Shown here one piece after another: positions 51,379 to 59,134 of a stretch of DNA of 62,854 bases (positions are counted from its first letter, which is position 1; each line of letters starts with the position of its first letter). Source of the stretch: a virus; the IMG/VR virus record IMGVR_UViG_3300000062_000002, positions 1 through 62,854 of that record. One strand, 5' to 3'. The notes beneath the pieces are model-generated. The model saw nothing but the letters and a program-made list of their open reading frames with translations. It did no database searches and was not told where the DNA came from. The translations under genes and the position numbers were made by a program.

Positions 51379-54087
51379 ATGACATATTTTAACAATGTAA
51401 AATCTTATGAGGATTTAAAAAATCAATACAGAACCCTAGCACTTGCTAACCATCCCGACATGGGCGGCGATACCGAGACAATGCAAGCAATCAATAAAGA
51501 ATATGACGCTCTTTTCCCAGTCTGGAAGCACCGCAATGCAATAAATAATAATGAGACTGCAACAAGCACACGCAGCGAGTTCTACACACAATACGGTTGG
51601 AAAGGCTCGAATTACAACAGAAATATGAGCCTGAAAGAAATTGCTGTAGCCATTCGTGATTTTATCAAAATCCACTTTAACGACTGCAAATTCAGTGTAA
51701 CAACAAGCTACGCAAGCATGTGCCAAGAATTACACATTACGCTAATGGAAAGTCCACACAGAGCATATAAGTTTTTTGATGAATTAACTGAAGATGAAAA
51801 ACAAAAAATCCGCCAAGACTATACAAGAGAACACAACATAAACAACTATTTTGTTAATGAAATAAATGCAAAAATTGCCGAAATTTATAGCGAAAGATAT
51901 AGCAATAGCTATTATACCGAAGAAGTAAAAGCAATAGTACACGCCGTACAGGATTATGCAAACTCTTTTAATTATGATGATTCTGATGGAATGATAGACT
52001 ATTTCGATACAAACTTTTATTTTTTCGGCGTAACGCTTGGCAAATGGGATAAACCCTTTAAAGTCGTTGACCGCAAAAAAACAACCGTTGCTAATGTGGA
52101 ATACGAGACCGTAGAAGTCACCAAAACACGCACTAAAAAAGTTTTAGAGCCGAAAGCTATAGAAGCACCGGCAGAAATAAAAGAAGGTCAATACTTCCAG
52201 CTTTTGACCGGGTTTAATTATGGTTGCTATAAAGGCAGCGTTTACCAGATTACCCACATAAACGGCACTTTTGTAAATTCCTGCAAAATGGGCAAAGGCT
52301 ATAAAAATGTCACCGGCGGCACCGTCAGAGGCACAAGCTTCAACTGTGATATTGACCGCCTGAAAGCTTTTGTTGCAAAAGGTTCGATTGCCTTTGTTGA
52401 GTTGGTAGAGGTTACAAAAACAGAGGAATACACAAGCACAACACGCCGCCCCAAGAAATCAACAGGACTTTCAACAGAAGTAAAAGAGCCAAGCGACACA
52501 ACAGAAAGAACAGCCGAGACAGCAACAACAGAGCCAAGACCATACACAGTAACAGAGGACACAGACACCCGCGACAATAGCGCTCTTTGGGTTGTTAAAT
52601 TTTCCGACAGAATGAGCAAAGAAGAATACCAAGCAACAGCGGCAACAATAAAAGCCATAAAAGGCATATACAGCCGATTCAAAAAAGGCTTTATATTCCG
52701 CTATGACCCAACCGAAGAAATGAACTGCATATTTAACAATGTAAATTCTGATGGTTCCGCAAACACTGATGAAAATATGCAGTTAATAGCGGATTGCATA
52801 GAGGACGCAAGCACAGAAATTATTGAAAAGCTAAATTTACAGCCGGGCGAATTTGTGATAAATTTTGAGTACAAAGAGCATTTAACAGCATACATAAAGG
52901 AAAATAAAAAGCGCATTACTAAAAAAGTTATAGAAAAAATCGACATTGCAGAATTGCGTAAAGTGGTGGCGGGAATACTCGCCGCCATAGGTACCACAAC
53001 AATACAAAAACCGCCCAAAACAGACATTAAAACCAAAACACAAGAAAAGATAAGCAAGCAAATTGAAAGTCTTACAGCTAAAATCAAAGCACTATCTGGC
53101 GACTACAAAACAAATACATATAAGCGTATGCAGGAACAAGCAAGCAGAGAAAAAACAAAAGAGGGTTACAACTTCGAGGTTGATTTATTAATATATCTTT
53201 ACGGCATTTCAGAACAGCGAAAACTAACAATACTTGAACAAAATTTACTTGTTGATGCTTTTCGTGATAGGCTTCACGGTTATTATAACAGGCATAAAGA
53301 ATGGATGGAAACACCGCCCGAAAAGCGTTGCATTGCTTGGATGCCTATATCATACCCGAAAACAAGCTCAACAGCAGCAGAATGGTATAACAAAGATGTG
53401 CCAAAGCAACAAAAGCAATTAAACAAAGCAGAAATTTACAACACCAAACAATTAATAAAAGCGGTTGAAAAATACGGCGAAATTGTCAAAGAAGCTGTAA
53501 AACCAATTGACAGAACAGCACAAGAAATTAAGCGCAGAGAAAAAGAATGTAAATTACAGCAAAAAGGTGATGTACAATTTACACATTTGGAAGTAGCAAG
53601 GCAACTTGTAGAACTCGCTGGAATTGATGAAAATAGCAGAGTTTTAGAACCGTCTGCGGGTATTGGTAATATAGCAGATCAGATTAGGACAGTAACAAAA
53701 AACATTGATGTTATAGAGCAAATGAGCAATTTTAGAGAACTTTTACAACTCAAAGATTATAATCTTGTAGGCTATGACTTCTTAGAATATCAGCCAGAAA
53801 AAAGTTACACGCATATTTTAATGAATCCGCCATTCTCTAAAAATCAAGACATTCAGCACCTAAAACATGCTTATTCAATGCTTGAAAACGGCGGCACACT
53901 TGTTTGTATAATATCACCACATTGGAGTTTTGCCAATGATAAAGAATCAATAAATTTTAGGCTTTGGCTTGATGAGCAGGATTATTACACTGAGGATTTG
54001 CAAGCAAAAACCTTTGAAATGACAGGCGTAACAAGCAAAATAATAGTTATCAATAAAAGAGTAGAACAGCAAGAAAATATAGCATAG
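51379..54087 (+). CDS. Large multidomain ('polyvalent'-like) protein: N-terminal J-domain plus C-terminal N6-adenine-type SAM methyltransferase
   Basis: J-domain YEDLKNQYRTLALANHPDMGGDTETMQAINKEYDALF (HPD at 51451..51459). MTase motif I VLEPSAGIGNI (from 53641). Motif IV NPPF (53824..53835). Confidence 0.75.
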   Translation: MTYFNNVKSYEDLKNQYRTLALANHPDMGGDTETMQAINKEYDALFPVWKHRNAINNNETATSTRSEFYTQYGWKGSNYNRNMSLKEIAVAIRDFIKIHFNDCKFSVTTSYASMCQELHITLMESPHRAYKFFDELTEDEKQKIRQDYTREHNINNYFVNEINAKIAEIYSERYSNSYYTEEVKAIVHAVQDYANSFNYDDSDGMIDYFDTNFYFFGVTLGKWDKPFKVVDRKKTTVANVEYETVEVTKTRTKKVLEPKAIEAPAEIKEGQYFQLLTGFNYGCYKGSVYQITHINGTFVNSCKMGKGYKNVTGGTVRGTSFNCDIDRLKAFVAKGSIAFVELVEVTKTEEYTSTTRRPKKSTGLSTEVKEPSDTTERTAETATTEPRPYTVTEDTDTRDNSALWVVKFSDRMSKEEYQATAATIKAIKGIYSRFKKGFIFRYDPTEEMNCIFNNVNSDGSANTDENMQLIADCIEDASTEIIEKLNLQPGEFVINFEYKEHLTAYIKENKKRITKKVIEKIDIAELRKVVAGILAAIGTTTIQKPPKTDIKTKTQEKISKQIESLTAKIKALSGDYKTNTYKRMQEQASREKTKEGYNFEVDLLIYLYGISEQRKLTILEQNLLVDAFRDRLHGYYNRHKEWMETPPEKRCIAWMPISYPKTSSTAAEWYNKDVPKQQKQLNKAEIYNTKQLIKAVEKYGEIVKEAVKPIDRTAQEIKRREKECKLQQKGDVQFTHLEVARQLVELAGIDENSRVLEPSAGIGNIADQIRTVTKNIDVIEQMSNFRELLQLKDYNLVGYDFLEYQPEKSYTHILMNPPFSKNQDIQHLKHAYSMLENGGTLVCIISPHWSFANDKESINFRLWLDEQDYYTEDLQAKTFEMTGVTSKIIVINKRVEQQENIA

Positions 54088-54170
54088 AAACATAAATTTG
54101 TAGCATATTCGAGAACAAGGGGCGGCATGAGCTGCCCGCCGGGGATAATATAAATTTTGGAGGGATAACG

Positions 54171-54335
54171 ATGTATAAAGTGACAACTATTTTCTATGAT
54201 AATGGCAAAGTAATAGCGAGGCTATCAAAAGAGGGAGATTGCGCAGGAGAATTTGACAGGTTCGATTGCTATATAGATGAATTTGAAACGATGGAAGAAG
54301 CTACTGCATTTATAAAAGAATCGAAAAAAGCATAA
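54171..54335 (+). CDS. Hypothetical 54-aa acidic protein
   Basis: GGAGGG RBS 6 nt before ATG 54171. Below the ORF-track cutoff. Confidence 0.5.
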   Translation: MYKVTTIFYDNGKVIARLSKEGDCAGEFDRFDCYIDEFETMEEATAFIKESKKA

Positions 54336-54486
54336 ATTTTGGAACTATATAAATTTTAGCCAATTGTAACCAATAAATTTTAACGAATAGGATTTGTAGC
54401 ATATTCCAAAACGAAACTATAAATTTTCGGACTCTTCCCAATCAAATAAATTTCAGGCAAATAAATTCTGAATCAGTATAAATTTT
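54332..54486. repeat. Cluster of seven ATAAATT(T/C) motifs in the 194-bp intergenic region, with further copies at 54092, 54150 and 54964
   Basis: Motif starts were read at 54332, 54349, 54373, 54419, 54446, 54461 and 54478. ATTTGTAGCATATTC is duplicated at 54096..54110 and 54392..54406. Confidence 0.7.
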
Positions 54487-54529
54487 CAAGAAACGCATGG
54501 TATAATAATGTTATAGGAAGGAAAATTCT

Positions 54530-54967
54530 ATGAATTATGATGCTTTGAACATAGCACAGTATATTATCGACTATTGCAATAAAAATAATCTGTCTGTAAA
54601 CAATTTGAAGCTGCAAACGCTCTTATATTTTGTTTGGATTCATTATTATAAACAAACGGGCAAAATACTTTTTGATGATAATTTTTCGGCAAGGCAGTTG
54701 GGGCCCGCTGTTTCAGAAGTGTATTATGAATACTGCCCTTGGGGTGGCATACATATTTTTCGAAGATATGAAGTGCCGCTTTTGCTTGAAGACAAAACCA
54801 CTATTGATGAATGCCTAGCTAAAGAGGCTCTATTCCCCTTATGTAGTCTCTCTGAAAAATCTCGCAAGCAGTGTGGTGCATGGAATACTATCTACAAGGA
54901 CGGCAGTGGCGACAGTCTTATAATTCCACAGAAAATTATTATTGACCTTGAATGCCGTACAGCATAA
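54530..54967 (+). CDS. Panacea (DUF4065, SocA-like) domain protein, paralog 2 (no obvious partner)
   Basis: LKLQTLLYFVWIHYYKQTGKILFDDNFSARQLGPAVSEVYYEY. Confidence 0.75.
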   Translation: MNYDALNIAQYIIDYCNKNNLSVNNLKLQTLLYFVWIHYYKQTGKILFDDNFSARQLGPAVSEVYYEYCPWGGIHIFRRYEVPLLLEDKTTIDECLAKEALFPLCSLSEKSRKQCGAWNTIYKDGSGDSLIIPQKIIIDLECRTA

Positions 54968-55280
54968 ATTTGAGAGCTTACAGCATATTTGATTGACTTC
55001 GCAAAAACACAATATATAGTGTTAAAAAACAAAATCACACAACATATTGACAAACTACTTTTCATATGATACAATTATGTAAAAGTTGGTTGGTGCGTTA
55101 CAGGCATTTGCCACAACATACCAATCAACGAGAAAATCTGCTTTTAGGTGCTGCAACCACCAAAGGGCGGATTTTTCATATATTTTTTCGCAAAACCTTG
55201 AAGAATCAAATATCGGGTGATATAATGCGGTGACAGAGATTTACGAGTGAGGCAACTGAACAAGGGAGAGCGATTGATAA

Positions 55281-56090
55281 ATGAATGAACTGCAACTTTT
55301 TAGCTATGAAAATAAGGGAGTAAGAACAGTACAGCGGAATGGCGATATTTGGTGGGTGCTAAAAGATGTTTGTGCTGTACTCAACTTGACTACAGCAGCA
55401 AGAGTTGCTGAACGGCTAGACGAGGATGAGGTGAGTTCAACTCATATCATCGATTCTATGAGCAGACCGCAGAGTACTACTATCATAAACGAAAGCGGAC
55501 TTTACAATGTTATTATCCGTTCCGATAAACCAGAAGCAAGAAAGTTCAAACGATGGATAACACATGAAGTTCTGCCGTCTATTAGACATCACGGCGGGTA
55601 CATGACACCTGAAAAAGTAGAGGAAATATTGTCAAACCCTGATACAATAATTCAACTCGCTACTCAACTTAAAAACGAGCGTGAACAAAAAAAGTTGTTG
55701 TCTGCGGAAATCGAAAAGAAAGACCAACTCATAGGGGAATTACAGCCTAAAGCTGATTATGTTGATTATATTTTATCAAGTATGGGAACAATGACAGCTG
55801 GGCAAATTGCAGCTGATTATAATTTGTCCGCTAAGCGCTTAAATGCAATTTTACACGAATCAGGGTTGCAACACAGGATTGGCAAGCAATGGATACTTTA
55901 CAAAAAATATATGGAACTTGGATACACTAAAAGCGAAACAATATCGTTCAAGCACTCCGATGGTAGACCTGACACGAAACTATTTACAAAGTGGACACAA
56001 AAAGGTCGCTTAAAAATTAATGAGATTTTAAATAGCCAAGGCATATATGCTGACATTGGCATAATAGATTTTTCAAAAGCATCTGCTTAA
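55281..56090 (+). CDS. Bro-N / KilA-C domain antirepressor
   Basis: VRTVQRNGDIWWVLKDVCAVLNL..SGLYNVIIRSDKPEARKFKRWITHEVLPSIRHHGGY (Bro-N). C-terminal KilAC-like TAGQIAADYNLSAKRLNAILHESGL. Confidence 0.85.
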   Translation: MNELQLFSYENKGVRTVQRNGDIWWVLKDVCAVLNLTTAARVAERLDEDEVSSTHIIDSMSRPQSTTIINESGLYNVIIRSDKPEARKFKRWITHEVLPSIRHHGGYMTPEKVEEILSNPDTIIQLATQLKNEREQKKLLSAEIEKKDQLIGELQPKADYVDYILSSMGTMTAGQIAADYNLSAKRLNAILHESGLQHRIGKQWILYKKYMELGYTKSETISFKHSDGRPDTKLFTKWTQKGRLKINEILNSQGIYADIGIIDFSKASA

Positions 56091-56096
56091 TATACA

Positions 56097-56133
56097 ACCC
56101 GCCATAGCCGTGAAAAGCAGTAGCGGGATTTTA
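56097..56133 (+). terminator. Rho-independent terminator after the antirepressor gene
   Basis: CCCGC..(20-nt loop)..GCGGG followed by ATTTT. Confidence 0.5.
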
Positions 56134-56142
56134 CACCTGATA

Positions 56143-56171
56143 TTGAAATTTTGCTTAAAAAGTGGTATAAT
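56143..56171 (+). promoter_or_regulatory. Promoter TTGAAA-17-TATAAT with extended -10 (TGgTATAAT)
   Basis: Read directly. It lies 32 nt upstream of ATG 56204. Confidence 0.65.
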
Positions 56172-56203
56172 ATAAGCGAAAAAAGCGAAAGGAGCTGATG
56201 TAA

Positions 56204-56650
56204 ATGTCGATACAAGCTTTAGTAAATTCTATATTGATACGGTCTTTTGAAGAAAAAGAACCGATTACCCCTATGAAATTACAAAAATTGGTTTATTTTG
56301 TTTACAGGGAATATTTGAGAGAAAGCGGAAAACCGCCATTTACAGAATTGTTCGAAACATGGAAGTACGGGCCCGTATTGCCTAGTGTATATGATGAATT
56401 CAATTCTTTTGGCTCGTCACCTATAACAAAGTTTGCACGTGATGCAAAAGGAACAGTTTTTACAATTGATGATAAAAAATCTCCAATTATGGCAAAATGT
56501 ATAAATAAAGTATGGGAAAAATATAAAAGATGCAGTGGTATAGAATTATCTAAATTAACACATTTAGATGGTTCTGCATGGTCTAACGCATTTGAAAAAG
56601 GTGCTAAAACTCTTGACATTGAGGATATATGCAATGAACAAATTAATTAA
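56204..56650 (+). CDS. Panacea (DUF4065, SocA-like) antitoxin-domain protein, paralog 3
   Basis: PMKLQKLVYFVYREYLRESGKPPFTELFETWKYGPVLPSVYDEF. Confidence 0.8.
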   Translation: MSIQALVNSILIRSFEEKEPITPMKLQKLVYFVYREYLRESGKPPFTELFETWKYGPVLPSVYDEFNSFGSSPITKFARDAKGTVFTIDDKKSPIMAKCINKVWEKYKRCSGIELSKLTHLDGSAWSNAFEKGAKTLDIEDICNEQIN

Positions 56651-56996
56651 AAAACCTGAAATCAGAGTTGAGCATGACGAATCTTTTCAAGTATCTGCTG
56701 AACGTAACACAGACGAATTAGTTTCTTACAAAGAGATTCCTTCTAATCGTGCTGACGAAATTGAAAAATTGGTTACTATCAGCGAAAAAATGAATGGCAT
56801 CTTATTAAAAACGCACGCACTTAAATTATTAGTAACTTGCTTGGCTACAATATTTGGCGTATATGTTATTGATTTGGCCGTAATCAATATTGGCCTTATC
56901 AATAGCAACATGGGAACAACACTTGTAGATTTTCTCAAATATATTGCAACTGCATTGCTTGGTTATCTTTTTGCGATAAAGCAAATAGATAGTTAA
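56634..56996 (+). CDS. Two-TM membrane protein overlapping the PanA gene: candidate membrane-targeting toxin
   Basis: ATG 56634 overlaps PanA by 17 nt. The C-terminus has two TM helices (LLVTCLATIFGVYVIDLAVINIGLI; LVDFLKYIATALLGYLFAI). Confidence 0.5.
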   Translation: MNKLIKKPEIRVEHDESFQVSAERNTDELVSYKEIPSNRADEIEKLVTISEKMNGILLKTHALKLLVTCLATIFGVYVIDLAVINIGLINSNMGTTLVDFLKYIATALLGYLFAIKQIDS

Positions 56997-57012
56997 TATT
57001 TTTAAAAAATAC

Positions 57013-57037
57013 AACCCCTCTTCGGAGGGGTTTTTTA
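57013..57037. terminator. Bidirectional rho-independent terminator
   Basis: AACCCCTC-ttcg-GAGGGGTT flanked by an A-run and a T-run, between convergent genes. Confidence 0.8.
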
Positions 57038-57238
57038 TTGCCTAACAGCCAGTTTGCACTTGTCGCATTCTGCGTAGAGGTGTCCATTGTAATTCGTTCT
57101 AATGCCACTCACAGTGCCACCACAACCGCATTGCCATGTATAACGCTTACCATATTCCATTTCTTGCGGGATAGCCTTAAACAAGCAGGAAACGGCACTA
57201 GCGATTGATTGCAACTCATCCTTATCGATTTGCTTCAT
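57035..57238 (-). CDS. Hypothetical small Cys-rich protein
   Basis: 67 aa; WQCGCGG..ECDKCK. Confidence 0.5.
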   Translation of the reverse strand: MKQIDKDELQSIASAVSCLFKAIPQEMEYGKRYTWQCGCGGTVSGIRTNYNGHLYAECDKCKLAVRQ

Positions 57239-57362
57239 AAAAACACCTCTAAATTTTTGACTTTACACAAAATATAGTATTTTAACTAGATGACGCACAA
57301 CATATAGTATGTTATAATATATATAAGCAATAAACAATACTAAATTTATTAGGGGATTTTGT

Positions 57363-57899
57363 ATGCCATACATCAAATACAACGATAAAGAAATCAAGTC
57401 CATTCTAAAGAGCATAACTGTACTTTGTGATAGTCGGGAACAGAAAAACGAGCATATCACAACATATCTTGACAGCAAAGAAGTAATCAATCAGACTGCC
57501 ACTTTGAATAGCGGAGATTACAGCGCATTGCTTCCGGCTATGCCTGACTTTGGCATTGTGAGACCGTTGCACTTTGATAGTGAAATTGCAATCGAGCGCA
57601 AAGGCTCTTTGGAGGAGCTGTCAGGCAATCTTACACAAGGGCGGGAACGATTAGAAGATGAATTTACTCGGCTTAATGGGCGAAAAATATTCTTGCTGAT
57701 AGAGAATCCCGGGGGATATGCTGCCATACAAAATCACCAATATAAAACACAGTACAATCCTAAGTCATACCTTGCCAGTTTGCTTTCATTTCAAGAGCGA
57801 TTCGGTCTTAATGTTGTTTTTTGCGACAAAGCAACAAGCGGCTCGATTATCTACGGATTGTTGTATTACCATGTGAGAAATTATTTGATTAGGGCGTAA
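57363..57899 (+). CDS. ERCC4 (XPF/Mus81)-type nuclease domain protein
   Basis: VLCDSREQ .. LNSGDYSAL .. IAIERKGSLEELSGNLTQGRERLEDEF .. FLLIEN matches D.RE / GDY / ERK..DL..S of ERCC4 nucleases. Confidence 0.7.
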   Translation: MPYIKYNDKEIKSILKSITVLCDSREQKNEHITTYLDSKEVINQTATLNSGDYSALLPAMPDFGIVRPLHFDSEIAIERKGSLEELSGNLTQGRERLEDEFTRLNGRKIFLLIENPGGYAAIQNHQYKTQYNPKSYLASLLSFQERFGLNVVFCDKATSGSIIYGLLYYHVRNYLIRA

Positions 57900-58039
57900 A
57901 AAAACACCCGCAGGAAAAATGCGAGTGCTTTGAACATTGACGACCTCGATGCTCATTATTATACATGACTTTTTGAGAAATGTCAAAAAATCGGAAATAT
58001 TTTAAAAATATAAAAAACTATCCAAGAAAGGAAACGAAT

Positions 58040-58234
58040 ATGGAAAACAATCAATTCAATCAACCCCATGTGGTTAGAGATTCCTTATTTATCCATGTAA
58101 ATAGCATGGATAAGTTAAATGAATTGTTATCAGAAGCGAGAACACAAATGAACAAATTACAGAGAACCATAAATGAAATATCAGATTATAAAATTGAAAT
58201 AAAGTTCAATGATTCTAATTCTACTTCCGATTAA
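58040..58234 (+). CDS. Hypothetical 64-aa protein
   Basis: AAAGGAAAC RBS region before ATG 58040 (the ORF track starts at 57980). Confidence 0.4.
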   Translation: MENNQFNQPHVVRDSLFIHVNSMDKLNELLSEARTQMNKLQRTINEISDYKIEIKFNDSNSTSD

Positions 58235-58284
58235 TTTCTTGCTCGTACTTTTTAGTAGATAGAGCAGTGTCCACCCATTATTAA

Positions 58285-58764
58285 TTACATGTTTTTTTGT
58301 GAATCGGAATTTTTTGTAAGTTTTTGTTTAATTTCCATTATCGCATTTCTGTTTCTCATGACACCGCTTTCTATAAGCTTTAAATATCTCATTGCTTTTG
58401 AGTGTACAGATGATATTATTTTTTTGTCTTTTACTATGTAAGGAGTTCCGCTTATAACATAGGCCCCTATAATATAATCGCCTGTTACTGGAAACATGTC
58501 ACTTATCAAGAAAACTCTCTCTTTACCTGATATTATTCCAACATGGTAATATATACAATTCCCTGCTCCACGTTTCAATTCTTCACGCTTTATTTTTTCT
58601 TTATAATTTGCTGTTTGGGTGCTTAATGGTATCATCCATATAATTCCATCGGTATCAGCAATACAAAAATAATGTGGCCGGCCTGATTTGTTTTCCATCC
58701 AATGTTCAGACGGGAAATCTACAAAATATTTAGCATTAATTTTATACAAACCATTAACATTCAT
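58285..58764 (-). CDS. ToxN/AbiQ/CptN-like type III toxin (endoribonuclease) candidate
   Basis: LYKINAKYFVDFPSEHWMENKSGRPHYFCIADTDGIIWMIPLSTQ..CIYYHVG resembles type III toxin N-termini. AGGAGG RBS. Preceded by a repeat RNA and terminator. Confidence 0.6.
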   Translation of the reverse strand: MNVNGLYKINAKYFVDFPSEHWMENKSGRPHYFCIADTDGIIWMIPLSTQTANYKEKIKREELKRGAGNCIYYHVGIISGKERVFLISDMFPVTGDYIIGAYVISGTPYIVKDKKIISSVHSKAMRYLKLIESGVMRNRNAIMEIKQKLTKNSDSQKNM

Positions 58765-58787
58765 TGCAACCTCCTTTGTACAGAAAG

Positions 58788-58813
58788 AAAGTCCCTCAAT
58801 AAAGAGGGACTTT
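58788..58813 (-). terminator. Rho-independent (attenuating) terminator between the repeat RNA and the toxin gene
   Basis: - strand AAAGTCCCTC-tttatt-GAGGGACTTT followed by CTTTCT. Confidence 0.7.
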
Positions 58814-58905
58814 TGTTAAGTTCAAGCTCAAATTTATACCCCGCACTTGAGCAGGCGGCCGTTGTAAGCAAGTCGCACATTTATATGCCGCTGGCGACAG
58901 GCGGC
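58813..58905 (-). ncRNA. Two adjacent imperfect 46/47-nt direct repeats: candidate type III antitoxin RNA
   Basis: Repeat A (58905..58860) is GCCGCCTGTCGCCAGCGGCATATAAATGTGCGACTTGCTTACAACG. Repeat B (58859..58813) is GCCGCCTGCTCAAGTGCGGGGTATAAATTTGAGCTTGAACTTAACAA. About 70% identity by eye, with no ORF. Confidence 0.5.
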
Positions 58906-58976
58906 AGCTTCTTGTCCTCTCCGTTCACTCTGTAAAGGAGAATTTGTGTTGTAAGGATTGGTTCCCTTACAAATTT

Positions 58977-59005
58977 ATTATATACAATTATGCTTGAAAA
59001 GTAAA
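58977..59005 (-). promoter_or_regulatory. Promoter TTTACT-17-TATAAT for the repeat RNA/toxin unit
   Basis: rc of 59000..59005 is TTTACT and rc of 58977..58982 is TATAAT. 17-nt spacer. Confidence 0.6.
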
Positions 59006-59060
59006 CCACCAAAAGCAATGTTTTGAGTTTCTTTGTAATTTAATAGAATTCAACCACAAA

Positions 59061-59092
59061 ACCCGCCGAAGCGTGAGCCTAAGCGGGTTCGT
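59061..59092. terminator. Hairpin terminator (AACCCGC..GCGGGTT) downstream of gene 59135..60274
   Basis: 7-bp stem with a 16-nt loop. T-runs are present on both strands. Confidence 0.5.
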
Positions 59093-59134
59093 TTTTTATA
59101 TGGACTTTTTGTTTTTACGCTTACTCTGGTTGTG

